Shown here one piece after another: positions 11,675-25,217 of a stretch of 64,000 bases of DNA (the first letter of the stretch is position 1; each line of letters starts with the position of its first letter). The position numbers were made by a program, and so were the translations under genes. This stretch comes from Eledone cirrhosa (taxonomy: Eukaryota). Location: NCBI GenBank assembly GCA_964016885.1, contig OZ024744.1:92380001-92444000 (forward strand), read 5' to 3'. The notes under the pieces are model-generated. The model was not told the origin of the DNA, made no database searches, and saw only the letters and a program-made list of their open reading frames with translations.

Positions 11675-12425
11675 CATATATATATATTTCGTTTCTGAAT
11701 TTGTTTAGCAAGATTCTTTATCTGAAATCGTGTGTTGAAACCGATATTGTTATACTTTGGGAGGGTCATGTTGCCAATAAGAAACACACGCACCAGTTGC
11801 TTTCACTTCAATTTATTATATATTTATAAATTTATAAATTTACAAATCCATAAACCTATAAATTTCTGGTTGGTTGGTTGGTTCCACAACCAGATAGTTG
11901 TTTATATATAGTCATAGTCCTTTCGTCACACACTCTGTGACCTCTTCAGTGACTGGGGATTCCTCTCTTTGTTTCTGTGCCTTTCCTTTCTTCTATCCTA
12001 CGCCATTTTGTTTCTGTGTGTGTGTTGTGTGCTCAGTTTGCGCATGCGCCACATCCGGGTGTCTGTGTGTGTTTGTGTTCATTTATCTATTTGTTTATTT
12101 ATTTATTTATTTATTGTTGGTTGGTTGTTTGTTCTATGTGTGTGTGTGTTTTCATTTTGTCCTGTGTGTGTTTTCATTTTGTCCTTAATTGTAAGTTGTT
12201 TGTTCTATGTGTGTGTGTGTTTTCATTTTGTCCTGTGTGTGTTTTCATTTTGTCCTGTGTGTGTTTTCATTTTGTCCTTAATTGTAAGTTGTGATGTTGC
12301 TGTTCCACTCATATTTTCTATTTAATTTTGGTTGTAATTCTTTTATGCTTACTGCCTTTGTAATTTGCCTAAACATCGCATCTTTTCTGTGTGTGGATTC
12401 TATTTTTATTTCTATGTTCTCTAAT

Positions 12426-14009
12426 CTACCCCTGTGTTCTATCTATAGAACACAGAGTTATGGGCCTGAAATTACCTATGTTATCCCTCTTGTTGGGATC
12501 CTTTCTCAGCAGCGCCACTGCTCCTCGGCTCACAGAGCTGGGAATTATCCAGTTTTGTTGCCAGTTGCAGTAGACGTCCGCCAACAGGACTCCGAACAAA
12601 TCTGGCATCTGTACGTAAAGTTCATAGGGCAGACCATCCAAACCAGGCGATTTACCCCTTGTGCAACTAGTCATTGCATCCCGTACTTCAGCGGTTGTTA
12701 TCGGCTTTTCGCAACACTCCGCCTCAGTGGCCGAAAGCCGCGGCAGTCCGTCGAGGTAGACACTAAAGTCCATCCCTCGATCCGGCCCGCCACTGCCCCC
12801 GAACAGTTGAGCGAAGTGTCGCTGAAAAGCTTCACACATTTGCCCGGGATCGAGTGGCATGCGCCCATCGTGGTCCACCAAAGACCGGATCGTGGCTTTG
12901 TTGCCACGACGCGGCCCCGCCACTCGGGCCCATTGAACAGCTTTCGTCCCCTCGTTTCTGAGAGCACGCACCCTAGCTCTGACAACGCAGCCTTCGTGCT
13001 TTGCATTGAAGAATTGGTCAAGGGCCAATTTCGCCGCAAGTACGTCGGTCGCAATGCCTTTGCTAAGCGCCTCGTCTAATTTTCTAACTAGTTCTCCCTC
13101 TGCTCTATTTTTCTCTATTGCTAAAGCCTTACTAAACCTAATGGACTCTATTCTAATCGCTCTTTTCAGAGCAAACCACCACTTGTTGTTGACGATGGCG
13201 CCCGTCAACGTCCCCTTAACTAGTTCGTTAATCCGGTCTCTGTAGGCCTTGCGCGCTGGTAAGGACGCGTTTAGCTTCCAGTAGCCGGGTCCTCGTCTAT
13301 GAAGCCTATCTAAGTCAAGCACACAGATCACGAATTTGTGGTCCGTGTAGCTGAATTGTGGACAGCCTATGCTAGACCTATCTATTTCCCTACAAAATAC
13401 TCTATCTAGATATGATCTGGATGACCCTATGCGATTTGTCCAAGTCCACATTGGCACATTCGGGAAATCCAATCGGTACCTGTCAGACAGTTCAATACAC
13501 CCGAGAAGGTTGTTGAGGCTCTTGCACCCTCCTCCCCTATCCGCTAATCCCACACAGTCCCAGCGTGCATCTAAGATCCTGTTCCAGTCGCCCACTAACA
13601 CTAAAGACCGGGACGTTCCAAGAAAGGTCTCCAGACGCCGGAAGAAATCAGGCCGCCCTGCTCCTGTCGGGGCATAGACGGCCACTAGCCTGAAAGCTTG
13701 CCCGTCTCCGCTGGTCACGTCTAGCACCACCAACTTACCTTCTGGGTCCAGGAAGATGGCCCGTATGGCGAAATCCAAATCTCTCTGAAAAAGCACAGCA
13801 ACTCCTCCCCCCGATCCCGGACGGCTGGGAGATGCGTACACATCGTAGCCGCCGAAGATCGGTGCGAAGGCCCGTGCTTCGGAGATTCTGGTCTCGCTGA
13901 TGGCCACTACATCTATGTTTAGTGACATGAGGTCGTTGAGCAGGTGGCCCTGCTTCCATGACGACCCCAAGCCACGCGCATTGATGCTGCCTATTCTGAG
14001 TGAGGTCAT
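12426..14009 (-). CDS. Tx1 ORF2 N-terminal part: APE endonuclease, tower and start of RT (truncated)
   Basis: 527-aa open frame: SINARGL, AISET, VYAP, GDWN, SYLDR, TDHK, GYWKLN, KSPGLDGLP, NFRPITL. Confidence 0.8.
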   Translation of the reverse strand: MTSLRIGSINARGLGSSWKQGHLLNDLMSLNIDVVAISETRISEARAFAPIFGGYDVYASPSRPGSGGGVAVLFQRDLDFAIRAIFLDPEGKLVVLDVTSGDGQAFRLVAVYAPTGAGRPDFFRRLETFLGTSRSLVLVGDWNRILDARWDCVGLADRGGGCKSLNNLLGCIELSDRYRLDFPNVPMWTWTNRIGSSRSYLDRVFCREIDRSSIGCPQFSYTDHKFVICVLDLDRLHRRGPGYWKLNASLPARKAYRDRINELVKGTLTGAIVNNKWWFALKRAIRIESIRFSKALAIEKNRAEGELVRKLDEALSKGIATDVLAAKLALDQFFNAKHEGCVVRARVRALRNEGTKAVQWARVAGPRRGNKATIRSLVDHDGRMPLDPGQMCEAFQRHFAQLFGGSGGPDRGMDFSVYLDGLPRLSATEAECCEKPITTAEVRDAMTSCTRGKSPGLDGLPYELYVQMPDLFGVLLADVYCNWQQNWIIPSSVSRGAVALLRKDPNKRDNIGNFRPITLCSIDRTQG

Positions 14010-15480
14010 GTTAAAATGGAGTGGAAAAGATGGGAAAGACCACTTACCTTATTTCCTGTAGAGGAAGGATGGTTTGTCCATCCTTTTCACTGCTTGTGGC
14101 CTCCTTCGGAAGGATGTCCATATAAATCCTCCTGGAGAGTGTTTGTCGGAAGTCTCCGATGTCTTTGGGGAATTTTTGTTTTAGTGTCGTGTACGTTTTC
14201 TGTGTGATGCGAGTGATTTGTATGTGTGGAGGTGGTGTGAACTTTTGTGTAATCTTTTTCTGTGATGCTGGTGTTGTGTTGCATGTAGTGGTCGTTGTTC
14301 AAATTTAATGCTGTGTAGTGTGTATCGTTTTGGTTGTTTTGTTTTGTTTGCGTTTGTTGTGGGTTTGTTTCTGTTACGCTTTTTGGTGACTTTTGTGGTG
14401 TTGGTGATGGTGGTGTTGGGGTTAATGATGGTGATGGTGTTGGTGTTTGTGGTGCTGGGGTTGGTGATGCTGGTGTGGATGGTGGCATATCTGTCCTAAC
14501 TTTTTTGTTTGATAATTTATTTGTTTCCCTCTGTATTTTGTTTTTGGAGGGGGAAGGAAGAGAATTTTTTTCTTTTTTGGTTTCTTTTTTTCTTTTTTCC
14601 TGATACCGTTTCCCACTCCTCGTCGTCACAATCTGTCTCCAGTTGCGATAAGCCGGGGAGTGGAAAATCCTCCACAGGCGTTGGTTTTGGTTGTGGCGTG
14701 GTGGATGGTGTAGGCGCTGGTGCTAGTTCTGGCGCGTTGTGTGGTGGTGGTGTTGGTTGTGCTACTGTTGCTGGGGTTGTTGCTGTTACAGTTGCTTCTG
14801 TTGTTGCTGCTACAGTTGTTGCTGCCATCTCTGCTGCTGGTGGTGTTGATGGTTGAGTCACTGGGGTAGGTAAGAGAGATGGCCTCAACCTTTTAGCCTG
14901 AGGGCAGAAAGCCCTTAGGTGGGTTCCTTCACCACAAACGACACACCTATGTCTTCTGCCCTCGACGATTACGGTGAGGTGGCTGCCGTCAGTGAGGTCT
15001 ATTATCTCTGGGATCTCCTCAATGCTTTTATGGTCCGCTTGGATCAGAAGCTCCATCCCAGATCCGGACCAGTTCTCCTGCTTTTCTTTCGCTTTTTCAA
15101 TTATCTTGGTGTTAGCCTCGATGCCGGCGAGGACGGCAGCCATTAGTCAGGGAATTTCGATGGCCGGTGGAACGTGGGTCACCCTGATCTTCACAAGTCT
15201 CTGGCCACAATAGCTTGGGACAAGTGTGAAGTCGTCACTTCTTAATGGGCCATGGAGTGTTCTCTGGCCTCCTGTGGTGTTTCAAAGAACAAGTCCACGG
15301 TTCCATATTTCTGTCCACGTCTGATGTAGTTTTTTTTGCCCACACATGTCCCTAAGCTTTTTGGATTTGGGACTCGGATGCCCGTTCCACTCGGCGCGAT
15401 TTTATGTTAATTGTCCGACACGGTGCATTGGCGACGTTGCTCCATTTTATTAGGTGGGGTGGGGGGGTCTGACCCTGTAC
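12440..15480 (-). mobile_element. Tx1-type LINE, second subfamily, truncated at both ends
   Basis: ORF1 pieces with CVVCGEGTHLRAFC knuckle and Pro/Thr/Lys-rich tail (14087-15143). ORF2 starts at 14009. Confidence 0.9.
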
Positions 15481-15504
15481 CCATCTTTCTTTAGTCTACT
15501 ACTG

Positions 15505-15843
15505 ACTCCAACAAATCGTATATAGGATCTACATCGAACACATTTAATAAAAGATATTACGCACACTCCAGTAGCTTTAACAATACTAAACTAGCTAACA
15601 CCACATCTTTAGCTGAAGCAGTAAATAACTATAAAAAGAAAAAAATAGATTTCAAGCTATCGTGGGATACCATTCTACAAAGAACTCCATATCTTGGGAA
15701 CAGGAGAGAATGCAGATTATGTTCCGGAGAGATCTTGGAAATTACTAAATCTAAGGACGATTTATTGAATAAAAGACAGGAACTGATTATAGCTTGTAAT
15801 TACCGTATACGAAAAACATTTAAGTACTATAAACCTAATTAAA
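15505..15843 (+). mobile_element. Penelope-like element, C-terminal GIY-YIG endonuclease remnant
   Basis: Translates to YIGSTS...TTSLAEAV...FKLSWDTILQRTPY...CRLCSGEILEI...LLNKRQELIIAC, which matches the CxLC/LLNKRxEL tail of Penelope (Neptune-type) GIY-YIG domains. Confidence 0.7.
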
Positions 15844-16039
15844 CATTCTAAATAGCAGCTCACTATAGCTCTATGTGACATACCATTTGTTAGTATCCTC
15901 TTCTCCTAATTATACGCCTTCCTGTTAATTGTTTAACCTTTTAATTTTTTAGCTTCCATAGATTCATGCGTTACTGACTAAGGGCATCAAGGTACATAAC
16001 CACCTGTAATTGCATGGGTATACATGTATCTATGTATGA

Positions 16040-16390
<351 letters not shown>

Positions 16391-17388
16391 AATGGAGTAT
16401 CTATGTAATTACACCTCTATCTATAAATGTGAGTATATGTATTTTTTATCTAAGAAAATTATGCGTTTTGGCTATATGTCAACATGCATTTATCTGGGAT
16501 TGATTACTTATACATAGACCCACTTGAAAATGTTTACTATTTTATAGTTTATGATACATCATACGCTATACTATATACAATGTACCATACTGTACTATAT
16601 TATATTACATTATTTAATATTATTATATTATTATATTATTGTATTTTATTATCTTATTATAATTTTCATCTTTTAATATACTATCCTTCCTAGTTATGAC
16701 CAATACTTTACCTAATCTATATTTATCCTCGTTATTTCCGTATATTTTATATTTCTTTATTTATATTCACCTAAAAACTCCATACAACACAACTCAACAT
16801 ATAATTGTTACATCCCTTTTTAAACTTCACTCCACCATCTACATTCTACTATCAATACAACAATCCCTTTTCTTCATAGGTTCTTCTTAGTAATTCTATT
16901 TTTAACACCATTCAACCATTCCTTTCAAAAGGTCATGACCTTAACTAAAGTGAGTTATATTTCGTCTTACCATCATATGGCAAAACACCATTTGATTGGT
17001 TTGTTCTTCAGTTACCTCCAAATAAGGTCATAGAACTCAATTTACTATTGATTTTGAATAACATTTTCATTGCTTTTGAAAACGGCTGATGATATACACG
17101 TAGGTAAATATATTCCTTATTTGATATTTTGTAACTAACCTTACATAGATCGATAACGAAATATGCGTACGATGTATTATTATCACCTAGAAACGATCGT
17201 AAAGCAGTGAAGTATATTCCTAATGACTTGAATTTTTATTTCATTGTTTTAAATTATATCATGACTCTGTTTTCCTTTTGATGTTTTATTGCTTTCCAGG
17301 ATTTATTTTAACCTACAACATTGTCAACATATGGATTACATTGAGTTCTTCATGCAGACTAGACCCCACAACTAACCGTGGATATATC

Positions 17389-17520
<132 letters not shown>

Positions 17521-17532
17521 GAGGGGGGGAAT

Positions 17533-19129
17533 GGCTAGACCATTTTCGGACCCTACTAGGAGAGCCGCCTTCCACAGCCCAGAGCACTGGGGGAGATCAG
17601 GTAGCTGTTTGAAGAACTGGATATTGAGACAGAGCACTTCACCAGAGGGGAGCTTCAAAGAGCCAAGAAGAAGATCAAGGAGGGCAAGGCTCATGGAGAT
17701 GATGGAGTGGCATCAGAGGTGATGAAGCGATGTGATTTTGATGATATCATCCTGGGGTTCTGTAACCAGGCACTGGAGAAAAGAGTTGCTCTGAATCAGT
17801 GGAGGATCAGTAACATCGTCCCAGTGCCAAAGAAGGGAGATCTCTCTAACACCAACAACTACAGGGGGGTCTCACTGACGTCACTTGTGGCAAAGACCCA
17901 CAACAGGATCCAGCCTGAGATAGAGAAGAAGCTCAGGGACAACCAGAACGGCTTCAGAGAGGGAAGATCAACCACCAGTTACATCCTGATGCTGAGGAGA
18001 GGATATTAGAGGGAGCTAGAGCAAAGTGCCTTCCTGCGTCATGGTTTTCATTGACTTTAGGAAGGCCTTTGATTCTGTGGACCGTCACTGCCTGATGAAG
18101 ATCTTACAGGCTTATGGAATCCCCAAGAAGATAGTGGACCTGATATCACTGCTCTACACCAACACCAAAGCCCAAGTCATTATACCTGATGGGATGACAG
18201 AGTTCTTTGAGATACTGGCTGGAGTGCTCCAGGGAGATACATTGGTTTCCTACCTTTTTATCATCGTAGTGGACTATTGTATGCGCCTTGCACTGGAGAA
18301 ACACCAAGACTCTGGCTTTACTGTAGCACCGGCTCAGAGCAGGAGAGTTAAGGCGAAAAAGATATCGGATGCTGAATTTGCCGACGACATAGTTTTGGTG
18401 ACAAATACAGTGAAGGAGGCAGAGGATTTGATGCAGCAGGTTGAAACTGTGTCGATGAGTGTGGGGCTGAGAATGAATGAGACTAAAACAAAATATCTGG
18501 TAGAGAATGTTGAGAAGCCAGAGGGGATCACTAATGTAGGCGGGAAGCCGCTAGAATTGGTTGAGGACTTCCTGTATTTGGGAGCAAAGTTTGGGAATAC
18601 GGAAGATGATGTGGTTGAGAGGAAGAGCAAAGCCTGGGTGGCGTGCCACAGCTTGAGATCGGTGTGGAAGTCGGACCTTTGTAAAGACCTGAAAATCCGC
18701 CTCTTCATTGCTGTAGTGGAATCTGTGATGCTGTACGGGTCTGAGACTTGGACACTGACCAAGAAACTCACTCAGATGGTGGATGGGTACTACACGAGAA
18801 TGCTGAGGATGGCTCTGAACATTAATCAGTATACACTGAGGATGAAAAACTCAGAGCTGTATGGGAGCCTCCCAAAAGTCAGCTCAAAAGTGACACAGAG
18901 GAGACTGATGTTAGCTGGACATGCTCACAGACATCCAGAGTTGACATTGCACTCAGTGCTCCTGTGGGAGTCTCTACATGGACACACTGGAAGAGGAAGA
19001 CCAAGGTTAACGTATGTTGATGCCCTAAGGACAGACACTGGTCTGTTGGAGACGCGGGGCATGGCAGGGTTGATGAAGGACAGAGATCGCTGGAGAGAAC
19101 TCGTCCATAGATCTCGGGAATTTTACCGG

Positions 19130-19132
<3 letters not shown>
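17533..19132 (+). mobile_element. RTE-clade LINE, 5'-truncated RT (no PHD insertion)
   Basis: VPKKGDLS..NYRGVSL, FIDFRKAFD, GVLQGD, FADD, FLYLG, LYGSETW, GRGRPRLTY. Flanked by (TA)n(GA)n on both sides. Confidence 0.9.
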
Positions 19133-19203
<71 letters not shown>

Positions 19204-19635
19204 GGAGAGAGGGGAGGGAGAGTGAGAGAGAAAGATTAAATGATTATTTCGTTTATTCATTCATCGAGCAAAACCAGAAGGTGAACATCGTTCACATATA
19301 TATGTTTGTGCTTATGTATAAATATGTACGTGTATCCTCTATAATTTGTTCTAACTCCTGTAAGGTTGAGTAAAAAGTAGGCCATAATTAGCTGCTTTTT
19401 CTAGCAATGCTATTACTTGCCATCAGTCTACCTTTCAGTACCTTTCTGTCTTGAATCATAATTAACTGGGTGATGTCATAAAACATCCGACTGATAAAAT
19501 GACAAGTCAGTCAATCATATTGGTGGCCTCCCCACAGCCCCGGCGGACAGAATGGAGAAGGCGTTTCCCCGGGGGACGGCAAGGGAGATGCGCTGGAAAA
19601 GTCATTCCAGCTCACGAGGCTCACACATGCGGATG

Positions 19636-20733
19636 GCCAGCTCAGCGCCTATGGTGGTGAGTAGTGAGATAGTCCTAGGGCCGAGGACACCAGAAGTCTC
19701 CACTGCTACAGGTAGCCAGCTCAGCGCCTATGGCGGTGAGTAGGGAGGTAGCCCTAGGGCCACGGACACCAGAAGTCTCCACTGCTACAGGTAGCCAGCT
19801 CAGCGCCTATGGTGGTGAGTAGGGAGGTAGCCCTAGGTCCGAGGACACCAGAAGTCTCCACTGCTACAGGTAGCCAGCTCAGCGCCTATGGCGGTGAGTA
19901 GGGAGGTAGCCCTAGGTCCGAGGACACCAGAAGTCTCCACTGCTACAGGTAGCCAGCTCAGCGCCTATGGCGGTGAGTAGGGAGGTAGCCCTAGGTCCGA
20001 GGACACCAGAAGTCTCCACTGCTACAGGTAGCCAGCTCAGCGCCTATGGCGGTGAGTAGGGAGGTAGCCCTAGGTCCGAGGACACCAGAAGTCTCCACTG
20101 CTACAGGTAGCCAGCTCAGCGCCTATGGCGGTGAGTAGGGAGGTAGCCCTAGGTCCGAGGACACCAGAAGTCTCCACTGCTACAGGTAGCCAGCTCAGCG
20201 CCTATGGCGGTGAGTAGGGAGGTAGCCCTAGGTCCGAGGACACCAGAAGTCTCCACTGCTACAGGTAGCCAGCTCAGCGCCTATGGCGGTGAGTAGGGAG
20301 GTAGCCCTAGGTCCGAGGACACCAGAAGTCTCCACTGCTACAGGTAGCCAGCTCAGCGCCTATGGTGGTGAGTAGGGAGGTAGCCCTAGGGCCGAGGACA
20401 CCAGAAGTCTCCACTGCTACAGGTAGCCAGCTCAGCGCCTATGGTGGTGAGTAGGGAGGTAGCCCTAGGTCCGAGGACACCAGAAGTCTCCACTGCTACA
20501 GGTAGCCAGCTCAGCGCCTATGGTGGTGAGTAGTGAGATAGTCCTAGGGCCGAGGACACCAGAAGTCTCCACTGCTACAGGTAGCCAGCTCAGCGCCTAT
20601 GGTGGTGAGTAAGGAGGTAGCCCTAGGGCCGAGGACACCAGAAGTCTCCACTGCTACAGGTAGCCAGCTCAGCGCCTATGGTGGTGAGTAAGGAGGTAGT
20701 CCTAGGGCCGAGGACACCAGAAGTCTCCACTGC
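19636..20733 (+). repeat. GC-rich minisatellite, 79-bp unit, about 14 near-identical copies
   Basis: Unit GCCAGCTCAGCGCCTATGGCGGTGAGTAGGGAGGTAGCCCTAGGTCCGAGGACACCAGAAGTCTCCACTGCTACAGGTA, recurring every 79 nt. Confidence 0.95.
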
Positions 20734-21230
20734 CAAGGGTACAACCGCAAACCTGTCTGTCGGAGAACGACCAGTATGACTGTAAAATTATGTGATGTTT
20801 TCCCCTTTTAAAATTATTACTGGTAGCTGTAACTTCAGAGGAAACTAGTCCTACTGAAGATGTCTCTTGACCAACATGTAACTTCACAGCTAAAGTGAAA
20901 TGTAAATGCATTTACTTCAAAGCACAAGCAAAACAGTCGAGACTAAGGGGAGTAATTGGGTAAATATTTGTCTATCTTTTCTTCATATTTATAATTACAT
21001 TTAGCTAGGATTAAATTGATTATTTATTTAATCAATTTGTCTAGCCTACGAGGAAAAATTAGGTAAATATATATATATATATATATATGCAAAAGTTTTA
21101 TTTAAGATTGTTGGGTTACAACGAGTAAATATTTTATAACTGATATAAAAGCACTCAACAGTTTCTGGAGTAGGTTTACGATATTAAACAAGGTATGTCG
21201 CTAATTATTTATAAAACAGCTTATGTATTG

Positions 21231-21296
21231 TATTTTGTCTGAGGAAGGCATACCATATTTTTAATATGATATCCCAGAAATATATATAACGAAATA
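21231..21296 (+). ncRNA. putative minimal type I hammerhead ribozyme in a Penelope-like terminus (21089-21340)
   Basis: Stem I TATTTTGT/ACGAAATA, core CTGAGGA, imperfect stem II, GAAA, palindromic stem III ATATATAT, cleavage after UA. Confidence 0.6.
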
Positions 21297-21336
21297 AATA
21301 TGGTTTTATAAATATAGTTTCCATTTGTTTAATATC

Positions 21337-21369
<33 letters not shown>

Positions 21370-21373
<4 letters not shown>

Positions 21374-21556
21374 GGTCAGCTGAAAAGTTCATAGGCTGAC
21401 AAAGATACTCTCATGGAATGACCAAATGAGGTTTATTTTTCAACATAGTTCCTAGTCTGAAACAATGCAATTATTGATATAAGAAGCATTGAAATTAATG
21501 CATGCAAGATTTCACTCCTTCATTGCCAGCCTATGAAAATTTCAACTTACACTCAT
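21370..21556. mobile_element. mariner-type MITE
   Basis: Imperfect TIRs AAGGGTCAGCTGAAAAGTTCATAGGCTG / CAGCCTATGAAAATTTCAACT. Same family as 52833-53299. Confidence 0.6.
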
Positions 21557-21867
21557 AAGATTAAGCAAAACAACAAACAAACAAAACAAAACAAATAAAC
21601 AACCAAACAAACAAACAAACGAAAAATAGTTTAAAAACTGAAATGATATCTCTCGTTAGTAGTGTTAAGCAATCTAATTAATTAGTTACTGTGAAACTAA
21701 TCCTCAGTAGTAGCTCAGTTTAATACCACTTTCCACCTGATGATGGCAGTGGTGGTGGTAGAGGTGGTAGTGGTGGTGGCATGGAGATTGTGGAAGTGGT
21801 AGAAGTAATGGTGGTGGTGGTGGTGGGGGTAGAGGGTGGGGGTGATAACTATCTATCTACCGCCCTA

Positions 21868-21903
<36 letters not shown>

Positions 21904-22117
21904 AGTATTAAGTTGTTAAACAATATTCGATGATTATGTCAAAGAATGAGTTTTACAGTAGATTGGAAGCACTCAACGGAAAAATAAATGTTCAGGAGTT
22001 ATTAATATTAAAATATAAGTATTAATAAAATAGATGTTCTTTTGATCAATTACATTTTGTTATACATATTTCAGATGGCTAACCATTTAACATCTCAGGG
22101 TATGTCATGTATCATTA

Positions 22118-22170
22118 TATTTTGTCTGATGAGGACGTACTGTTGTACATCCGAAATATGTAGAATAAAA
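22118..22170 (+). ncRNA. putative hammerhead ribozyme in fold-back element 21901-22222
   Basis: CTGATGA-GGACGTAC-TGTT-GTACATCC-GAAA-TATG-TA. Stem I is degenerate. Element arms at ~22018-22075 and ~22152-22207 are inverted. Confidence 0.55.
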
Positions 22171-22212
22171 TGTAATTGATCAAAAGAACATCTATTTTAT
22201 TAATACTTTTTA

Positions 22213-22259
<47 letters not shown>

Positions 22260-22358
22260 CACACACACATATATCCATGCTAGTATGGAAAATAGACGTT
22301 AAACGATGATGTATATATATTGTATATATATCCATCTCTTTCTCTTCCTCTCTCTCTC

Positions 22359-22423
<65 letters not shown>

Positions 22424-22458
22424 TATATATATATATATATATAAATATATATATCGCA

Positions 22459-22740
22459 TATGGCTTGGTGATTAGAGCACTGGGCTTGCAATTGTGAGGT
22501 TGTAAGTGTGATGCTCTGACCGAGTGATGTGTTGTGCTCTTGAGCAAGACAGTTTATTTGTGATGTAACTGGTGCCAAGCTGTATTGGGCAGTGCCTTTT
22601 TCTTGGACAATATCGGTGTCATGGAGATGGGAAACTGCTGGTCTTCCACAAACAATCTTTTACTGATCTGTGCCTCGAAGGGGAACTTACTAGGTGCAAG
22701 TCCCATGGTCCTTCATGACTGAATGGGGTTTTTACCCTAT
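22459..22740 (+). mobile_element. degenerate tRNA-derived SINE
   Basis: TGGCTTGGTGATTAGAGCA head and TTGAGCAAGACA body similar to family B. Confidence 0.55.
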
Positions 22741-22758
22741 ACATACATACATACATAT

Positions 22759-22795
<37 letters not shown>

Positions 22796-23158
22796 CCGTT
22801 TTACGTCCGTTCTTCCATGCTAGCATGGGTTAGACGGGTTGTCCTGTTGTGGGCAGTGTCTGGTCGGCTGACCTTGCCTTGCTCATACAGGAACTGATTT
22901 TGGCTTGAATTCTACAGCTGGATGCCCTTCCTAACACCAAACTCATTTACAGTGAGTGCTGGGTGCTTTTTTGCCGAGGCACCTCCACGACCACTTTGCA
23001 GTGGGAGGGTGTGGGGGAATATTGTCTATATGCTTCATCTTGTACCTATGGGAGGTCGGGTACTCTGTATTACTGCGTGACGCCAGAGGTCACGGTCGTG
23101 TGTCATCGCCTTTGAGAGGTGTAATTGGGTAAGGTCGGCTTTTATCACCTCATCCCAG

Positions 23159-23192
<34 letters not shown>

Positions 23193-23879
23193 CAAAGGAG
23201 GTGTGGTAAGGAACCAGATGGACCATAACGCACCTGAGTACTCAATACTTAGGGTAGTAGAGTGGGTAATAGGAAAAAGTATGACCCCGACGGCAGAGCT
23301 CAATATATATATATATCCATGAATTGTAACATGGAGTTACTGTAGGTTCACCCAGGTGAGCACTCAATGTTTAGGTTCGCATCAGTATCAAGGTGTAGAG
23401 CTAGACAGAGTGTAGTATAATAAAATAAAACAAGGTCGAGTGGTTACTCCTTCATTACGTTTATTGGTTGGTGATGCACGTTTCACTATAGATCAGCTCA
23501 AGGTTCGATCTGTATCGATCTAGCCCAACTCTGTAATCAATGGCTCGTCGGATATATATATCAGGATAGAACCAGTTTAAAACTAGTTAGACCATTACTC
23601 AACAGAATACTCCATCCTTGGGGTAGTAGAGTATGGCTATATTATAAAAAGTTGGGACCCAACAGCTGAGCTCTTGCCCTTTCAACAGCTAGTTCCAGAC
23701 TATATATATATAGATCCATTTTTCCATACTAGCATGGGTCAGATGGATTGTCCAGTTTGAAGCAAGTTGGGTCAGGTGACTGTGTCTTGCTCACCCAGAA
23801 CTGATTCTGGCTAAGTTTCTATGGCTGGACACCCTTCCTAACACCAACCACATTTACAGTGTCGACTGGATCCTTTTTG

Positions 23880-24310
23880 TTGTGACACCTACATGACCAC
23901 TTTACAGCTTGAGCTGGGTACTTTTCGTCATGACACCTGCACGACCACTTTGCAGTGTGGACTGGATTCTTTTTGTCATGACACCTACATGACCACTTTA
24001 CAGTGTGGACTGGGTGCTTTTAACCATGTCTCCTACATGACCACTTTACAGTGTGGGATGGGTGCTTTTTGTCATGACACCTACATGACCACTTTACAGT
24101 GTGGACTGGGTGCTTTTAACCATGTCTCCTACATGACCACTTTACAGTGTGGGGTGGGTGCTTTTTGTCATGACACCTACATGACCACTTTACAGTGTGG
24201 GGTGGGTGCTTTTTGTCATGACACCTACATGACCACTTTACAGTGAATGCTGGGTGCTTTTTGTCATGACACCTACATGACCAGTTTACAGTGTGGACCG
24301 GGTGCTTTTT
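23880..24310. repeat. 48-bp minisatellite derived from a SINE/RTE tail
   Basis: Unit TGTCATGACACCTACATGACCACTTTACAGTGTGGACTGGGTGCTTTT, about 9 copies, giving a 16-aa repeating ORF. Confidence 0.85.
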
Positions 24311-24754
24311 GCTTCAGCTTCGGCCTATGCCTGTGAGAAGTCGGGTCTTCTGTATGCATATAGTATATATATATATATATCTATATACACAGTCATACAT
24401 CTATGTAAATATATATATTTTTTTTTTTTCGGCCAAAATTAAACGAACGAGATTGTTATTTTAGAAAAATAAACGAGAAGGTTTAAATAAAATCCTCGAA
24501 TTTTGGGCATAATTCTGAGGTCGTGTAGGTGTCACGACAAAAAAAAAACACACAGTCCACACTGTAATGTGGCCGTGTAGGTAACACGGTAAAAACCTTC
24601 CAGTCTACACTGTAAACGTGGTTGGTGTTAGGAAGGGCATCCAGCCGTAGAAAACCCACCAGACAGTCCTATACGAGCAAGACAACCAATCTTGCCTCAA
24701 GTGGGAAAATTCCCGTCCAAACCCATGCTAGCGTGGAAGATGGACGTTAAACGG

Positions 24755-24788
<34 letters not shown>

Positions 24789-25161
24789 ATATATATATAT
24801 AAATATTCACTAAAACATCTATCACTGTAAAAACCTGCTTCTCATTATATCACTTCTCTTCATGTCAAGTCTATTATTACCTGATTATTGAAGGAATAAA
24901 AGTTCCTCTTTTTCCACTATAGAATCCTTTCAAGTAGAAATTATTGCTAACAAAGGGCCATTGCAAATTCTTTCATTTCATTTCATTTTTCTCACCTTCC
25001 TTCCTTTTTTTTAATTCTTCACTCTCTCTCCCATTTCTGGTCTCTCTTTTTTCTCTCTTCTATCTTCCTCTTCATTCTTCTCTTTTTCCCTTTTTCTTTG
25101 TTTTTTCTCTTCCCCTTCCTTTCTTTTTTCTTTCCTTTCTCTTCTCTCATTTTTCTGGGGA

Positions 25162-25217
<56 letters not shown>

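Noticed and set aside
12291-13079. 262-aa plus-strand ORF
   Set aside because: It is an antisense shadow of the GC-rich Tx1 ORF2.
19520-19635. HDV-like ribozyme upstream of the 79-bp array
   Set aside because: GGCCTCCCCACAGCC resembles P3/L3, but I could not build P1, P2 and P1.1 by eye.
19636-20733. CRISPR-like array
   Set aside because: The units are contiguous and near-identical, with no unique spacers and no cas genes, in a eukaryotic context.
20702-20911. Minus-strand exon candidate (VKLHVGQETSS...), and another at ~24880-24945
   Set aside because: Splice-like sites exist, but there is no recognisable protein similarity or linked exon.
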